Assembly: GCA_040954595.2 (NCBI GenBank)
Contig: CM082584.2
Location: 7,769,919-7,833,918, forward strand
From: Balanoglossus misakiensis
Lineage: Eukaryota > Animalia > Hemichordata
Direction: 5' to 3'
Length of the DNA: 64,000 bases
Part shown: piece by piece, positions 24,501 to 42,578 of the stretch
Position numbering within the stretch: the first letter of the stretch is position 1
How the letters are laid out: the number at the start of each line of letters is the position of its first letter
Made by a program: the position numbers and the translations under genes
The notes under the pieces: model-generated
What the model was told of the DNA's origin: nothing
Databases searched by the model: none
The model's input: the letters and a program-made list of their open reading frames with translations, nothing else

Positions 24501-27040
24501 AAATGCACATTCCGGGTCCAAAGTCTTCCCGTCTGGGAGTTTTAACCTGAACACTTGCCATGTACCCCTTCAGCTCTAATCCCTTTCAACCTTTAATGTA
24601 CATGACAACACCAAAGCTCTTCCATGGCAACAGAGGTGAGAGGTCACAGAGGCCAATGCTCGGTGCCAGCTGCTCTGACAGAAAACGCTGTTATTTTTAA
24701 TGCAAGAGTTTTTTTTAATGCAAGAGTTGGCCATAATGGGATTTCTTAGGCAATATTTTTTTTTTGCGGATGGGTTCGGGTTGGGAGAATTTTGATAAGA
24801 AACGAAACCCAACCTCCTATGTTGACAGTTCAAATCAAATCAAAACTCAGGTTCAAAGACAAAATAGTTACAAATATATTTAGTAGTAGGTTTCCATGAA
24901 TTCCTTCCCCACAGACACAGAAAAACACCTGCAACCATCACACAGTTAAGTGTATGAGACATAGACATTTTCATCATTGCTGGGCTATATGACAATGACA
25001 TATGGAAAACATTAAACCGTTTTCTCATACCACAGTAGCAGTCACTACAAAACAATGACAGAGCACAATATTAAAAATAAACGACATTAATTGAATTTGA
25101 ATGTGGTAACATTAACCAGATTAAGTCCATGGTTACACAAGCAACTGGATCATTTGATAAGTGCCAGTATACATTTAGAAAAAAAAATCACGAGCTATTT
25201 ATGATGAAACTGGCAGCTCAGAAAGACCCGATTCTGTTTTGAGCAATATCTTGGCTCATTTTGTAAGAGCATTTTAGTCGACAGGTGAGCTGGGACTGGA
25301 ATCTGTAACCAGTAATAAGTTACATCCTGTACCTTGTGTGTTTACATGCAAAGTGTGTGCAGACAAGGTCCTGTTGCCGGGGCAACAGAAACAGTGAACC
25401 GGTGCCCTTTAATAACCATTTCAGAATCGCCATTCTGGTACGGCCCACATGTGCATGTGACTAACTCAAATGCCACGGTGTTCTCGCATATATATTTTCT
25501 AATTTACATGCATAATATATGAACGTTGTAAGCACACCTGCCTGTTCCACCAATATCACAATAAATACACAATTGGAAGCAAACAACTGCGACACAGTAA
25601 GCAAATTCACAAGCCCGAACTCATGGGCTAGCTATTTTCATTTGCGGGGAAATATTATTTTACTCAAACTGTAGCCTAGTGTTCTTTAAAAAAATTATTA
25701 ATCACACAAATAATGATTAGTATAACTGAGGAAAACAAAACTACGGTAGTATGGAGACTTGAGATGTTTTTGGAATTAACCTATTTTGGTTACTGAACTC
25801 CGGGAATACAATTGGGCAGCTGCGACGGACAGCTGATGACAAACAAGAGTCCGCAAACCAATGACCTAGCAACAAAAGGGACATGGTCAGTCTATTTCTA
25901 GTTCAAAGTTGATGAATATTTCGCTGCCAAACGACAAGTTGGCGTATTCAACACTGGTCAGTGATTCTCCCTGGAGACAGTCATGCGCTTTGTGTGTTGT
26001 CATGGGGTGCCATCTTTATAAATGTACGTGTATTGTGCACACAACTACAATGTACGTCCCTGTGAGTTTACACAATCTGTACTTTGCCTTCGGTAGCTAC
26101 ATGTAGCTTTTTTTTCTTTTTCAGATCGATTGTCATCTGTGACCCCTAACGCTGTGTCCTGATACTGTATTGTATTTCAATTTGTCTGCCTTCAAGAGAG
26201 GGGAAGGCCACTGATTTTAGCCGTGAAAGATATCAGTGTTATTTGTGAGAAGTCCTTGGCTCGGCAATATCATACTGCCGTGAATTATCATGGTGACACG
26301 TCTATTGTACTCACTAATGAGGTGAACTAAAAATTTTCCTGCATGGGTGCACTGCTGTTTATGGGGTACAAGGTTATCAAGTGAGACACTGACTTCATCC
26401 TATTGTCTTTTACATTCATCTCTTGTGTTTGGTACGTCCATTATGAGCCCGGGACTCTATCTTTCCAAGTTCCCAGAACAGGAAAGAAACGTGGTTAATT
26501 CCAAGTCTAGAAATCAATGGCAAATCTTGATGTCATTTTACAAATTACATCACCCAGACCACGCCAGAAATATTTATATTAAAATTAACATGTGGAACGG
26601 AGCTATTCAAACAAGTCAACAACCCATGGGAAATAATACTGTTATTGGTATTTTGATATGTGACAATTATAATTTCTAATGATCAAATTCCACTTTAAAC
26701 ACTGACATAAACCCTTTGCAAACTCTCCTCATTCAAAATGAAAATATCCAGAATGTTGTTGAAAAATTACTGCCTTATCTGCCATTGTCTGTCAAAATAA
26801 CTAAGATTCATTAATTAAATTGAAGATGGTTGTATATTGTTTTCAAAACAATACTATTTTTTTCTATTAATTTACATATAATAGGATGACAAGAAGTAGA
26901 CATTTATAACAAAATTGAAAAAAATTCTCAAAACAATAGCAAATTTTCTATTTACCTTTATCATAGGATGACAAGGAGGAGACGGAGTGACTGCTTGTCA
27001 GTGACGTTTTGTGAACTGGAGTTGATGATGCAGAGGGCAT
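15537..27040 (-). CDS. TTLL7: Tubulin polyglutamylase TTLL7, ~884 aa
   Basis: 16 exons: 27040-26956, 23800-23606, 23488-23431, 23200-23137, 22830-22763, 22602-22444, 21203-20987, 20240-20076, 19670-19512, 19163-18975, 18681-18424, 17980-17633, 17401-17267, 16936-16695, 16391-16218, 15675-15537 (2655 nt, in frame). TTL-domain motifs INHFPGMGEICRKD, KPANGAMGNG, VQEYLDKPFLIDGYKFDLRVYVLVTS, MHLTNYSVNK and [27 protein letters not shown]. TTLL7-specific AEPHVLHAYRMCRPGQPPGS and WKFHKPRIASYWLVKLDS. The first coding exon is less certain than the rest. Confidence 0.95.
17488..17579. mobile_element. piggyBac-like MITE, copy 2 (TTLL7 intron)
   Basis: TTAA-ccttttcac...gtgaaaggg-TTAA; internal ttggacctcta and catgatttg are shared with the other copies. 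Confidence 0.8.
25371..25388. promoter_or_regulatory. RFX X-box-like palindrome in the intron after the first coding exon of TTLL7
   Basis: ctGTTGCCGGGGCAACag fits the X-box consensus GTNRCC-N0-3-RGYAAC. Confidence 0.55.
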
Positions 27041-27823
27041 GATACCGTAGATGTGATGATGGTGGTGGTGTCACATTGTCCTCAGCGGGTGTACAACACA
27101 CAGCTGATTAGTGTCCCCAAATCCTTTAGTCTCCCCCGCGGCTTCAAACACAGCGGGGGCTAGCGGAAAATTTGTCAAATTGCTGCGGACAGTCGTCGGT
27201 ATTGTGTTCCCGGGCCGTGGCGCTGTCAAAGCCTAGGCAAACACGGCATTGTCGGTGTCCAGGGAAACCCAACTTGGCATCTGCGCTATGCGGCGGGGGG
27301 TTAGCTAGCGCGCACACATTGACACGCCAAAAGACAACAGACCGTGGCACCGTCTTTTGTGGACTTCGCAGCAGCAGGCGAGAATCCCAAGTCTGTAATG
27401 GCACTCACACGCTCCAAGTCCGACGGTTAGATACTCAGAGGACGATGTCAGTGTCGGTCAGCCACGAATCTTTCCCCGAGTGACTTCAACAAGTTGCAGC
27501 CGAGTGAATTCAGACAGGCATTAATTAACGTCCAACCTGCGTCTCAGAGACGTCGACGACAAAAAAAACAACCTGCGATAAAAAGAAAAACATCTGATTA
27601 GAATTTCCTAACACTGAAATAAACAAATCACTCTTGGCAACAGCAAACCGAACGCGGTCAGTCATGATCTCACTCTGCTTTTCCCAATTTCACTTCTCAC
27701 ATCGGCAGATTTCACCCCACGCGGAAAACATGAGTCAAACGGAGCATAATTATTATCATCATGCCAATATTTGCGGGACGTATTGTCCCGAGATCTTCGT
27801 CATTGTCCCGAGGATCTACTTAC

Positions 27824-27990
27824 GTATAACGGTATTCGCCAGACAATGGTGGCACCTAATCCAATCAGGCGGTCGGCTTTAAGTCAGTGACCGCTTATCA
27901 ATAGCAAAGCTTTTGAAAGAGCACACTGACAATGACTAGATCAATACTTTAGGACTGCCATGAAATGCGCAAGTCTTTAGCAACGACCAA
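27824..27990 (-). promoter_or_regulatory. Candidate proximal promoter and non-coding first exon of TTLL7
   Basis: Minus-strand donor TAC|GTAAGT at 27824/27823 and acceptor ttttatcgcAG at 27574-27573 leading into a long 5' UTR plus ATG exon. CCAAT at ~27861 and X-box-like GTCTTTAGCAAC at 27973-27984. Confidence 0.45.
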
Positions 27991-30900
27991 ATTTCAAAAG
28001 TCTGCGATCACAACCAAAGGAAGTCTGTTTATTGTTACAATAATTGGAAAATTCTAATCGACTTTTAACTGCAGCAGTGCAATGGATGGGAACAGACAAA
28101 TTCATAAGAATTTAAGATCCATGGATGGCGACACGTAAATTTGGCACTTCCTCCTATATGCAAGAGTCCATTTGCCAAAAGCCCTAACCCACCTGTCGAA
28201 AGTTACGAAGTCACCAATTTTTCGGTGCATACACAACAACAATGGTAGTCTCTAAGTCTATAGGGTACTAAGCTATACGCAGCGCTGGAAGGTACTACAT
28301 GTAGTTATTGAGTCCAAACACTCAGTGCACATAAATAGTATATCCTACAAGTAAAATATCCTCTGGTTGTTTGTTTCAACCGAATACCTTGAAGTCAATC
28401 AAACACAAGGATTGAAGCAGACCAATGAAAATTGACCGAAATTGGACCCTACAGTATATTTCCTGAGCAGTCAGACCTTCCTAAAAACGATAACAGCAGT
28501 TGTTGTCCAAAAATAGAAAGTGACCATTTTCTCCACTGACTGGATATAAATTATGCAACTATCACCACAGCACTGGAAATGGAATGTTCGTTAGACTGTA
28601 ATTGCAATCTCACCGAAATGCCCCTTATCAGAGCCAGTCTAAACGGGTCTGGCATATTATGGTACCACTGATAATAGTAGTGACCACGTCCCTTGACACA
28701 GACATGACATAAAAGGACCCACAAGAGACATTTTTGATCACACCTTTTTAATATTAACAAAGTAATGTTGCCATATGCCATCATTTGCAATATTGTGAGT
28801 TTCTACACGTAACACGCCACATGGAAAAAAATAATTACAGGTACACCATACCTTACATCTGGTGCAATGGAGACATTTTTGTGTGTCTACCAACTACGTG
28901 TACAATGTAGCTTGCCTATTTTCAAAAAGATTCAAATTCCTTCACAAGTAAAATACCACTTGCCCACACTGCCCCATTAACATTTATGGATTTTGTCTAG
29001 AGGGTTGGGTCCCCATGTCATCCAGCCAACCATGTTATGTCAGCCACGTACACACTGCCAGGGACACTATACTTTTAAGTATAGGCTCATCCTACAAGAC
29101 CATACACATATACCATAGCTGGAAAACCCAATTCTGATACCAGGTGACAGAATTTAAAGAAAACAGTTTAGAAATTGCATGATTTATGGCATTGCCATTG
29201 GTTACCATTGGATACATGGTTTATTTCCGGCCCAACGCTACAATATTTTAATGATATTAGGCAGCTGAACTGCCCACAGTCGCTTGTAACACGCCGATAA
29301 CTAAATGGATTTCAAACTATTTATTTGAACATATGTTCTCCCATCCCGATGGCAATTCCAAACCACATCACTCAACCACACAGGGAGAAGAAATTTAATT
29401 ACGAAATGTAGTGTCTAGTGGAGGATGCAGACTACTCGGAAGGAGTAACAAAAGGACATTCTGCAGACACTCAGTGTCATGGTAACAAGACAGATGACTC
29501 CATCGACAAAGCTGCATTTCTACCACATGATCGCAATAATAGTACGACCTGAATGCCAACACAGCTTCTATTGTGAATTTCATAATTTGCCAAATTAATA
29601 ATTTAGTGAGTAACTTAAAACTCATGAATTATTCTCTGTAGTATATAATTCAATTTAATAATGAGTGCCGGCTTCTACCTTAATGTGATGGATTTCACCT
29701 GATTAAACATAGCAGTTCTCCACAAAATTTAAGGTAACATTGTCTTTGGGTGCTATGAATACTCCAATAGACGTTTTTCCATATTTTCAAATAGATTGAA
29801 TTTGCTAGATGTATACCCAACACCACATTATCTGAGATATAATATTATTCACAGGAGATCATCTTTCACTTTTATACTTTCAAACAACTGACCTATCAGT
29901 ATCAAGGCAACTTCATGCCATAAAAAGATCACCCTGTATATATACATATACCAATGGAAGGTCACCTTTCAGGAACGATATAAAACTATTAACCTTTTTT
30001 CCTCTTTCAAAGTATGCTTTGAAGTTTCTGCAATGCAGCTCTCACTGCCAATGAGTGTTTACACATGACTTGTAGCCACTTGACACACTTGAAAACAACT
30101 GCAATTGACAATTTGAAAATGGAACTCGCGTTGCATTTCATACACCGAAATGCAACGCGGCATTGGCTGGCTTTTACGGCAGATGCAATAAAGCGTTTAC
30201 CAAATCACTCAAGTGTTTCTGAACTCTGAACAAGTACATGCAGTATACAAGATCAATGACAGGAGTCAGTCTACAAGCTTGAAATGAGGTCTGGGGTCAG
30301 TATGACCTTGAGATTCCAAAACTGCTTGAACAACTTGTCCAAAATGATGTACATGTATGTTTATAATGTGATTGCGAGAGGGAATAAAATATATACAGGA
30401 TTTCATTTTCTCTGCTTGACACTTCAGGTTTTGCTGATTTTTTGTTGTTGCTAAAATCTGTTTCTGTTTTGATCCCAGAACTTGTTTGAATAGGGTCACC
30501 CCATTAATTTGGTTTCACCTTCACGCAAAGACATGTAGAATATTTCTTGTGTGGTAAACACAGTATATACGTATGAATTATTGTTTGGGTTTCATTCTTA
30601 TTCATCTGGGTCATCCAGTGGTTAACACCCAAACAACATGAGTATTATCCTTGGACTTTTGGAGGTTAGTGTATGTACTACGTGTATATGAGGAAACTTA
30701 CAATACCCGATTCACACGTCAAGTGTGAAAACTCAAAGAGGCATTCACACAAGCTTTTAGAATTTCAAAACAAGTCTCACTTTTCCTAGACGAGGTTGCC
30801 AAACAACCAATTTCGGTTTGAAGTGTGCCATAGAAATAGCCGAGAGCCGTCGTAAACTCCAGGAAGTGCTACTATCTACACGTAACCAAATCAGGTGACA

Positions 30901-31250
30901 GCAGGCCTGGGCTCTGTCAGCTAATCATGTTACACATGCACGTACGCTCTCCCACCAAAACACAACCCAGTACAAGCGACATGGTACAGTACCCACACCG
31001 TGCAAAAACTTGCCTTATGTACATTATCACAGACGCTTTTCCAAGCGAATTCAGTGAAGGAGGAAAGTCGAACTGTATCGGTTCGAGTTGCGGAATCACG
31101 ACCGTTTCAACACTGTACACGTCGACCGGCCATTTTCATCAATCGATTGCAGGGAAACGGTCTGATCACTGTCCACGAAACCAACAGCATTTTATAAACA
31201 TGAGACCTCACCCTGGCAGCTATGAAATCCCTTAATATATCCGTACTCAC

Positions 31251-31470
31251 CTGTTCTGTGTAACTCGAGAAGTATTTCATAGAAACACTAGTGTCGGGCG
31301 GTTGTTCCGTCTCCAAATGACAACATCAACATACACACACAAGACTGCCCAGCGAGTTAGCCTGTCACGTCAGCAGCCAACTGGTATGCAAATACGGTCA
31401 CGTGACCTCAGTCTCCTCATCTTGACAACCGTTAGGCGTTGTTGCCAGTGGACCCCCTTGGCAACAAGTA
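31251..31470 (-). promoter_or_regulatory. Motif-dense candidate distal promoter and first exon, transcribed toward TTLL7
   Basis: Donor CAG|GTGAGT at 31251/31250. GTCACGTCA at 31364-31372, octamer ATGCAAAT at 31386-31393, E-box palindrome GGTCACGTGACC at 31396-31407, and TTGTTGCCA-N11-TGGCAACAA at 31439-31467. Confidence 0.5.
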
Positions 31471-33296
31471 AAGATCCTTCAAGATTGATTCAAACTCAGA
31501 GAGTGACTTGTTAGATTGATTTATCGCGTGCGTAAATTCGATTTTATCACAATACTGTGAATCAGGACGAGAAACAGTAACACTGGACAAGCCATCGAGG
31601 TTTACAAACAAGACCTGACCTGAACAACTGAACTTCAAAGTTCAACTTTTTCATTGATAATTGTCTTCAAGATCAGTGACCTCCAAAGGCACTTTCAGTA
31701 TGCGTACAGGGTCTTGTGTAGAATGGTCTTCACATGGGGTCATGGCTGCTAACAATGCTCACTTTGTTCAGTAGCAGATAGGCCTCTTTTGCCGACTTGT
31801 GGTATAAAAGCTCAGATAAACGCGCAGGGTCGACAAGTTTTTTCATGCATCTCCCCATCTACTTTTCGTAACATACCTGGCTCCTAATCTATGGAACTGG
31901 TTACTAAATCAAATGTAAATGCGGTATAACCTAACATGAACTGCACTACCTTTGAATTCGTTAGAGGGCGCTGCGCACAAACATGAGCTACTGTGCTGCA
32001 CATTGTCATTGTACTGGAAGTTGGCACAATGAACGTACTGCCAGAATTAATTCATCCCCAATCTCATGCATGCACCCACGCACACTGCTGCCACATCCAT
32101 CACTGCACATGATAAACAAGTCAACATTTTTAGGAACAAGTTTTGTTTTTAATCTGCCATAAAAAAACACTTCTGATGTTGAGGTAGTTCTGTTTTTGCA
32201 CCACTATGGACTATGTTACAATTTCATACAAATCTTCTGATCGTATAAAGATAGAAAATGCAGGGATCATTATTGACTATTTCAACAGAATATGCATGAA
32301 GTCTTTGTCAAATCTTTCAACACGTTAAAATCTCTATGGACTTTTATGCGAAATGTCAACTTCCACCTAACATGTGCGCGATTCCAAAATGTCAGTTTCC
32401 CCCATTGGGAAATAGTAGCTTTCAACTGGTTACAGTCAAATGCACTGTATAAAGTACCTTTGCTAATTCCGATGCAATCCACGTTTGGCTTGGGTTTCAT
32501 CCATCACAAAAACTCGTATAATGTTGAGAATAGTCTCAGCTTTAGGCAGCGGAGTTTCAAGTAGGTTTTTCCTCCTAAATGTTCCAATAGAAAACGCAGC
32601 AGTCGTACATAATCCCGTAATAATCCAGTCCTGGCCTGGGTGTTTATCTTCCCCTGCACATAAGCAAAAACTACCCAGGCCAGGAAAATAGTCAATGTCC
32701 GTTGTGGGAATAAACCAACTGGTGCTTTCACAGGCAAATAGAGGTATATGATTATTCCATTCGAAGACAGCTTGCAGAATATTGTACCAGATCACATCCA
32801 TGCAAGTGGCTATCACATATCCAGGTTGTTGATAATCCATATTTGTGCAAATACCAAGAACATCACATTTATGGGTCTTCCAGTGTTTGAGTATGGCAGT
32901 TTCCTCTTTATAGTTAAATAAATATAACATGTGAACAAACAGAAACATCTAGCTATGTAACAATCAAAACGCCAACAGCCAACGACAGAGATGTATCCTT
33001 TTTGGGTCAGGGTCATCTGTAAAGAACGTAATTAACTTCAACTTCTATAACATCATTGTTCATACAGCAGACTTCATCAAGTCAAGAGATCAAAACTTCT
33101 GAAAACCATGTTCAAATTCTTCGGCCACTTTCAAATTTTAGCCTTCTCAACCAGTCGCAATAAACCTCACAAGGGTTCGCGCCTCACACATCCCTTGTTT
33201 ATTTCTCAAGCAATGGTATGATCCATGTGTATTCTCTCTTCTTGGGATCATTCCACTCCATGTGAAATGGGTGGGGTTGGGGTGGGGCCTTTTCGT

Positions 33297-39181
<5,885 letters not shown>

Positions 39182-39940
39182 TTTCACGAAATTTGGGAAA
39201 TGTAACTTTCACTTGAAATTCGCTTAGAGTGTTGCCCTTTTACGATCGTTACACGACAACTTGATTTCTCGGCGGCGTATGGGTTATGAAGCTTCTCCTG
39301 TGTATTGCAGAATGCATAGGATGTCCCAAATTTGGTGAAAATTTACCTTCGCACCTTTCGTAAGGCACGCACGTGTTCCCTTTCCAATGTGCAAGAAAAA
39401 GTTTACTCGCCGAGGTCACATCACTAATTACATTTGCAAAATCAATCCACGCAATGGCGCTTTTTTAATTTCAAGTGTCACCCTTTCTGATTTTATCTCA
39501 GCTTTAAGGTGTGGAATTCCACACATGCCAAAGATTTTGCACGCTTGATAATATATGCCATCTACAACTTGCGTATAAATTGGGTTTGGTCTCAATGTTA
39601 TGTTGACTATTTTAATGGTCGGAATTATACATGTAGACGTCTACCGGTATGTAAAACGGTCTACCGGCCTCAGACACGTGTTAGAAGCTACAGGTTTGAC
39701 TTGCAACACGACGAAACAATCTAGATTTTAGGCAAATAAAAACATTTTAATGTGGGAAGAGATTCCGTCGATTCAGTTTAATACCCAGCAAGAAAAAACA
39801 ACACATTCCGCTCGGCACGATGTGACGTGACCCACCGTGACCTACTTTCCCAAAAGTTTTACACGCCCTCTGCAGTCTGTATTGTGAAATCGCAATTTCT
39901 CAGAGGAGAAACGAAATAACAAAACAGCGAATCATACAAT
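39182..39940. promoter_or_regulatory. Head-to-head promoter region of vasa and WDR18
   Basis: Divergent start codons are 759 bp apart, with CpG-richer segments near both starts and a YY1-like AATATGGCGG over the WDR18 ATG. Confidence 0.7.
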
Positions 39941-42578
39941 ATGGCGGCCCCCATGGAAGTTGTTGTGAGCTCGGAAATTTCTGGTCAAATGTGGAATTCC
40001 TGCGTTTGGGACCCACACAACGGGACAACATTGACTTCTTACAAAGGCGGGAGTAGTGCATTTCGTACACTGTGTCTCCTAGGCGAAGACTACATCATTT
40101 CGGGTGTCAATAACCACCCGCTTATACACGTGTGGGCAATGCATAGACAGGTACGAAAACACGTGCTGACTTCTGTTACCCACACAGGTACTGCTGTTGT
40201 AGTTGTAATGATTGTAGACACGCCAATAATAATCTTGTTGCTATTTTTAACCAGGATCAACAGCAGATGAGGATAGTGTGTCCTGGAGTGGTGACGGCAT
40301 TGGCCACATCACCCTGTGGTAACTACTGTGCTGCTGCTATCACAGAGAAAATACACGTTTGGCATGTGAGTAACAATATCTTGCATAAACCAAACAGGAA
40401 ACAGTCACGTTTATGGTACGTGCTGAGTCAAAACGCATTCACCAAGGGGTCATCCCATATTGAATTTTCTATACACGTAGTGTGTTGTTTGTTTCACTAT
40501 TACATGTACCACATGTAATACATCTTGCAGGTGAGTACTGGTAAACTGGTGGCAGTTCTCAGTCGACACTATCAGGGTGTTGTTTGCCTGAAGTTTACAG
40601 ATGATGGTAGTTATCTGATATCGGGTGGTAATGATAACCTTGTATTAGTATGGCCAGTGGCCAGGTAAGTAATAAATTATATACTGTGTAGCTGCTAGCT
40701 CTTTGTCTTGACTGCATAACTATTACCGGTATGTATGTCAAGTATTTCAGTTTAGCATACCCCAGAACAAGATACATCTATATTGCAATTATGATGTCCA
40801 TGGTTTCAGCATCTTACAGCGGCAGAGTGGTATCACCACTGGTTTAGAACCAATCCACGTGTGGTCCAACCATTCACTGCCTGTCACAGATGTCCACTGC
40901 GGGTGTGGCGGACCCATGGCACGAGTGGCATCAGCTTCATTGGACCAAACCTGCAGGGTGAGTGAAACCCCAAAATTGAGATGAGGTTTGGTGAAAGCGA
41001 AAAAAATCATCAAAACGGCACTGCTCAGATTCAATACAAGAATTAAGTGGTTTGTTTTCCATTCTCACAGCTGTGGGACTTGTCATCAGGCCAACAGCTC
41101 TGCTCCTTTGTCTTTGATGTCAGCATCACCTCTGTCACCATGGATACAGCAGAGTATCGATTATTTGCTGGTGGCATCAATGGAACTGTTTACCAGGTTA
41201 ATCTCTTCAGTCAGGTAAGAAACCGTGGCAACCAAATTTTTTGCCGACATAGTGTAAGGGGCAAGGAAATAATTTAATTACACTGCAGTTCAATCTTATA
41301 AAACACACCATTGTCACTTTGACATTTCAGACAGAACAAAAAAGCAAAGTTGTTGTCAGTGAAACTGAAACTAGTGATGAGAAGAGAAACACAGAGACCT
41401 TTGTCAGACATAGGTGAGTTTACTACAATCCATTCTCAAGGTTGCGTGCCCAAAAACACATCAGGATCACATCACACTAGAGGATAAATGATGGGGAAGC
41501 TTAGGTTATAGTGGCAATGGAAAATTCCAGGAAGAATATATCTTTCATTTTCCCCCAACAGTAAACAAGTTACTTGTCTATCAGTGTCGATGGACGGAAC
41601 CATGCTGCTATCCGGGTCACATGACTGCACCGTAGTATTATGGGATGTAGCCAGCAGGCAGTGTGTACGAGTTCTCAATCACAAAGGTAGGTTTCTTTTG
41701 TGAGACTGACTGACAGAAACCTGGGCAGTATTAACCCCTGTAACACTGCATGCAGAATCATTCCTGGAAAATCCACATTTGACGAGAAATGTTCCCTAAC
41801 AAACACCTGAAAACTACTGGAAGGTAGTGTCTTGGAGTATGAAACTCTTCACTTCCTTTGACCTGGTCTAGATGTTTTTTTAACAAGTGCAGAGACTTCT
41901 GCGGCACATAACATTGACAGACGTATTTGTGGAGTTTTATACACCATTGATAATGTATTGATTTCTTTGACAGGGATTGTGACCAACGCCATGTTTGTGG
42001 CAGCCCCAGCCCAGATGTTCAACACTGTGAACAAATCCGCCACGCCCATCAGACCGTTCCAAAGAAGCACTCAGACGGAGGGCGATGAAAGAACACAAAC
42101 GGTGGACATGAGATTGAAACAAAGAGTTGAGGTACACGTACGTGAGGCTATTGATGACACTTGCATGCACACAATGTGACCAATCACACCATATATGACC
42201 ATATCAAATTTTGATGACTTTTCCCTGTCATTTCTTCAAACAGCAAAATTGTGAAGAGTTATCAAACACACAGAGAAAACTTCAAGACTGTCTTCAAGAG
42301 GTGAGTATCTAAATCTCAAAATTAAAAAAAAACACCCATAATTTTCATACTACTGTCAATTCTGTCAAATTTTGGGTGCATAAATATCACAATCCAATAA
42401 CAGAATTTTGTAATTCTTGCAAATGTTCACGTTGTGTGTTTTATTACTCCAATAGGTTGCTGTCAGTGATACGACAACAGTGCCACAGCTGGAGAAAGAA
42501 GTTCTCAAGTTACGCACAGCGAACAACTCTCTGTTTACATTTACTGCCAAGAAGTTGCTGGAGAATTCTTCTCCATAA
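39941..42578 (+). CDS. WDR18: WD repeat-containing protein 18 (Ipi3 homologue, rixosome/PELP1 complex), ~430 aa
   Basis: Exons 39941-40150, 40255-40365, 40531-40664, 40810-40957, 41071-41214, 41331-41413, 41562-41686, 41974-42131, 42244-42300, 42456-42578 (1293 nt). MAAPMEVV N-terminus, WD40 repeats ([56 protein letters not shown]) and a C-terminal coiled coil. AATAAA at 42587. Confidence 0.95.

Noticed and set aside
25905-25990. TGATGA box-C-like motif suggesting an intronic C/D snoRNA
   Set aside because: On the strand opposite the host gene, with no properly placed CTGA box D or terminal stem.
32463-32948. 161-aa minus-strand ORF downstream of vasa
   Set aside because: No recognisable domain or coding-like composition; lies in the probable vasa 3' UTR.
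32993-33001. GTATCCTTT U12-type donor motif on the plus strand
   Set aside because: Antisense to the vasa 3' UTR, with no associated exon or branch site found; probably chance.
32100-33296. Nanos/Pumilio response elements in the vasa 3' UTR
   Set aside because: By eye I found only an isolated ATTGTA and no paired GTTGT/ATTGTA or clear TGTANATA site; insufficient support.
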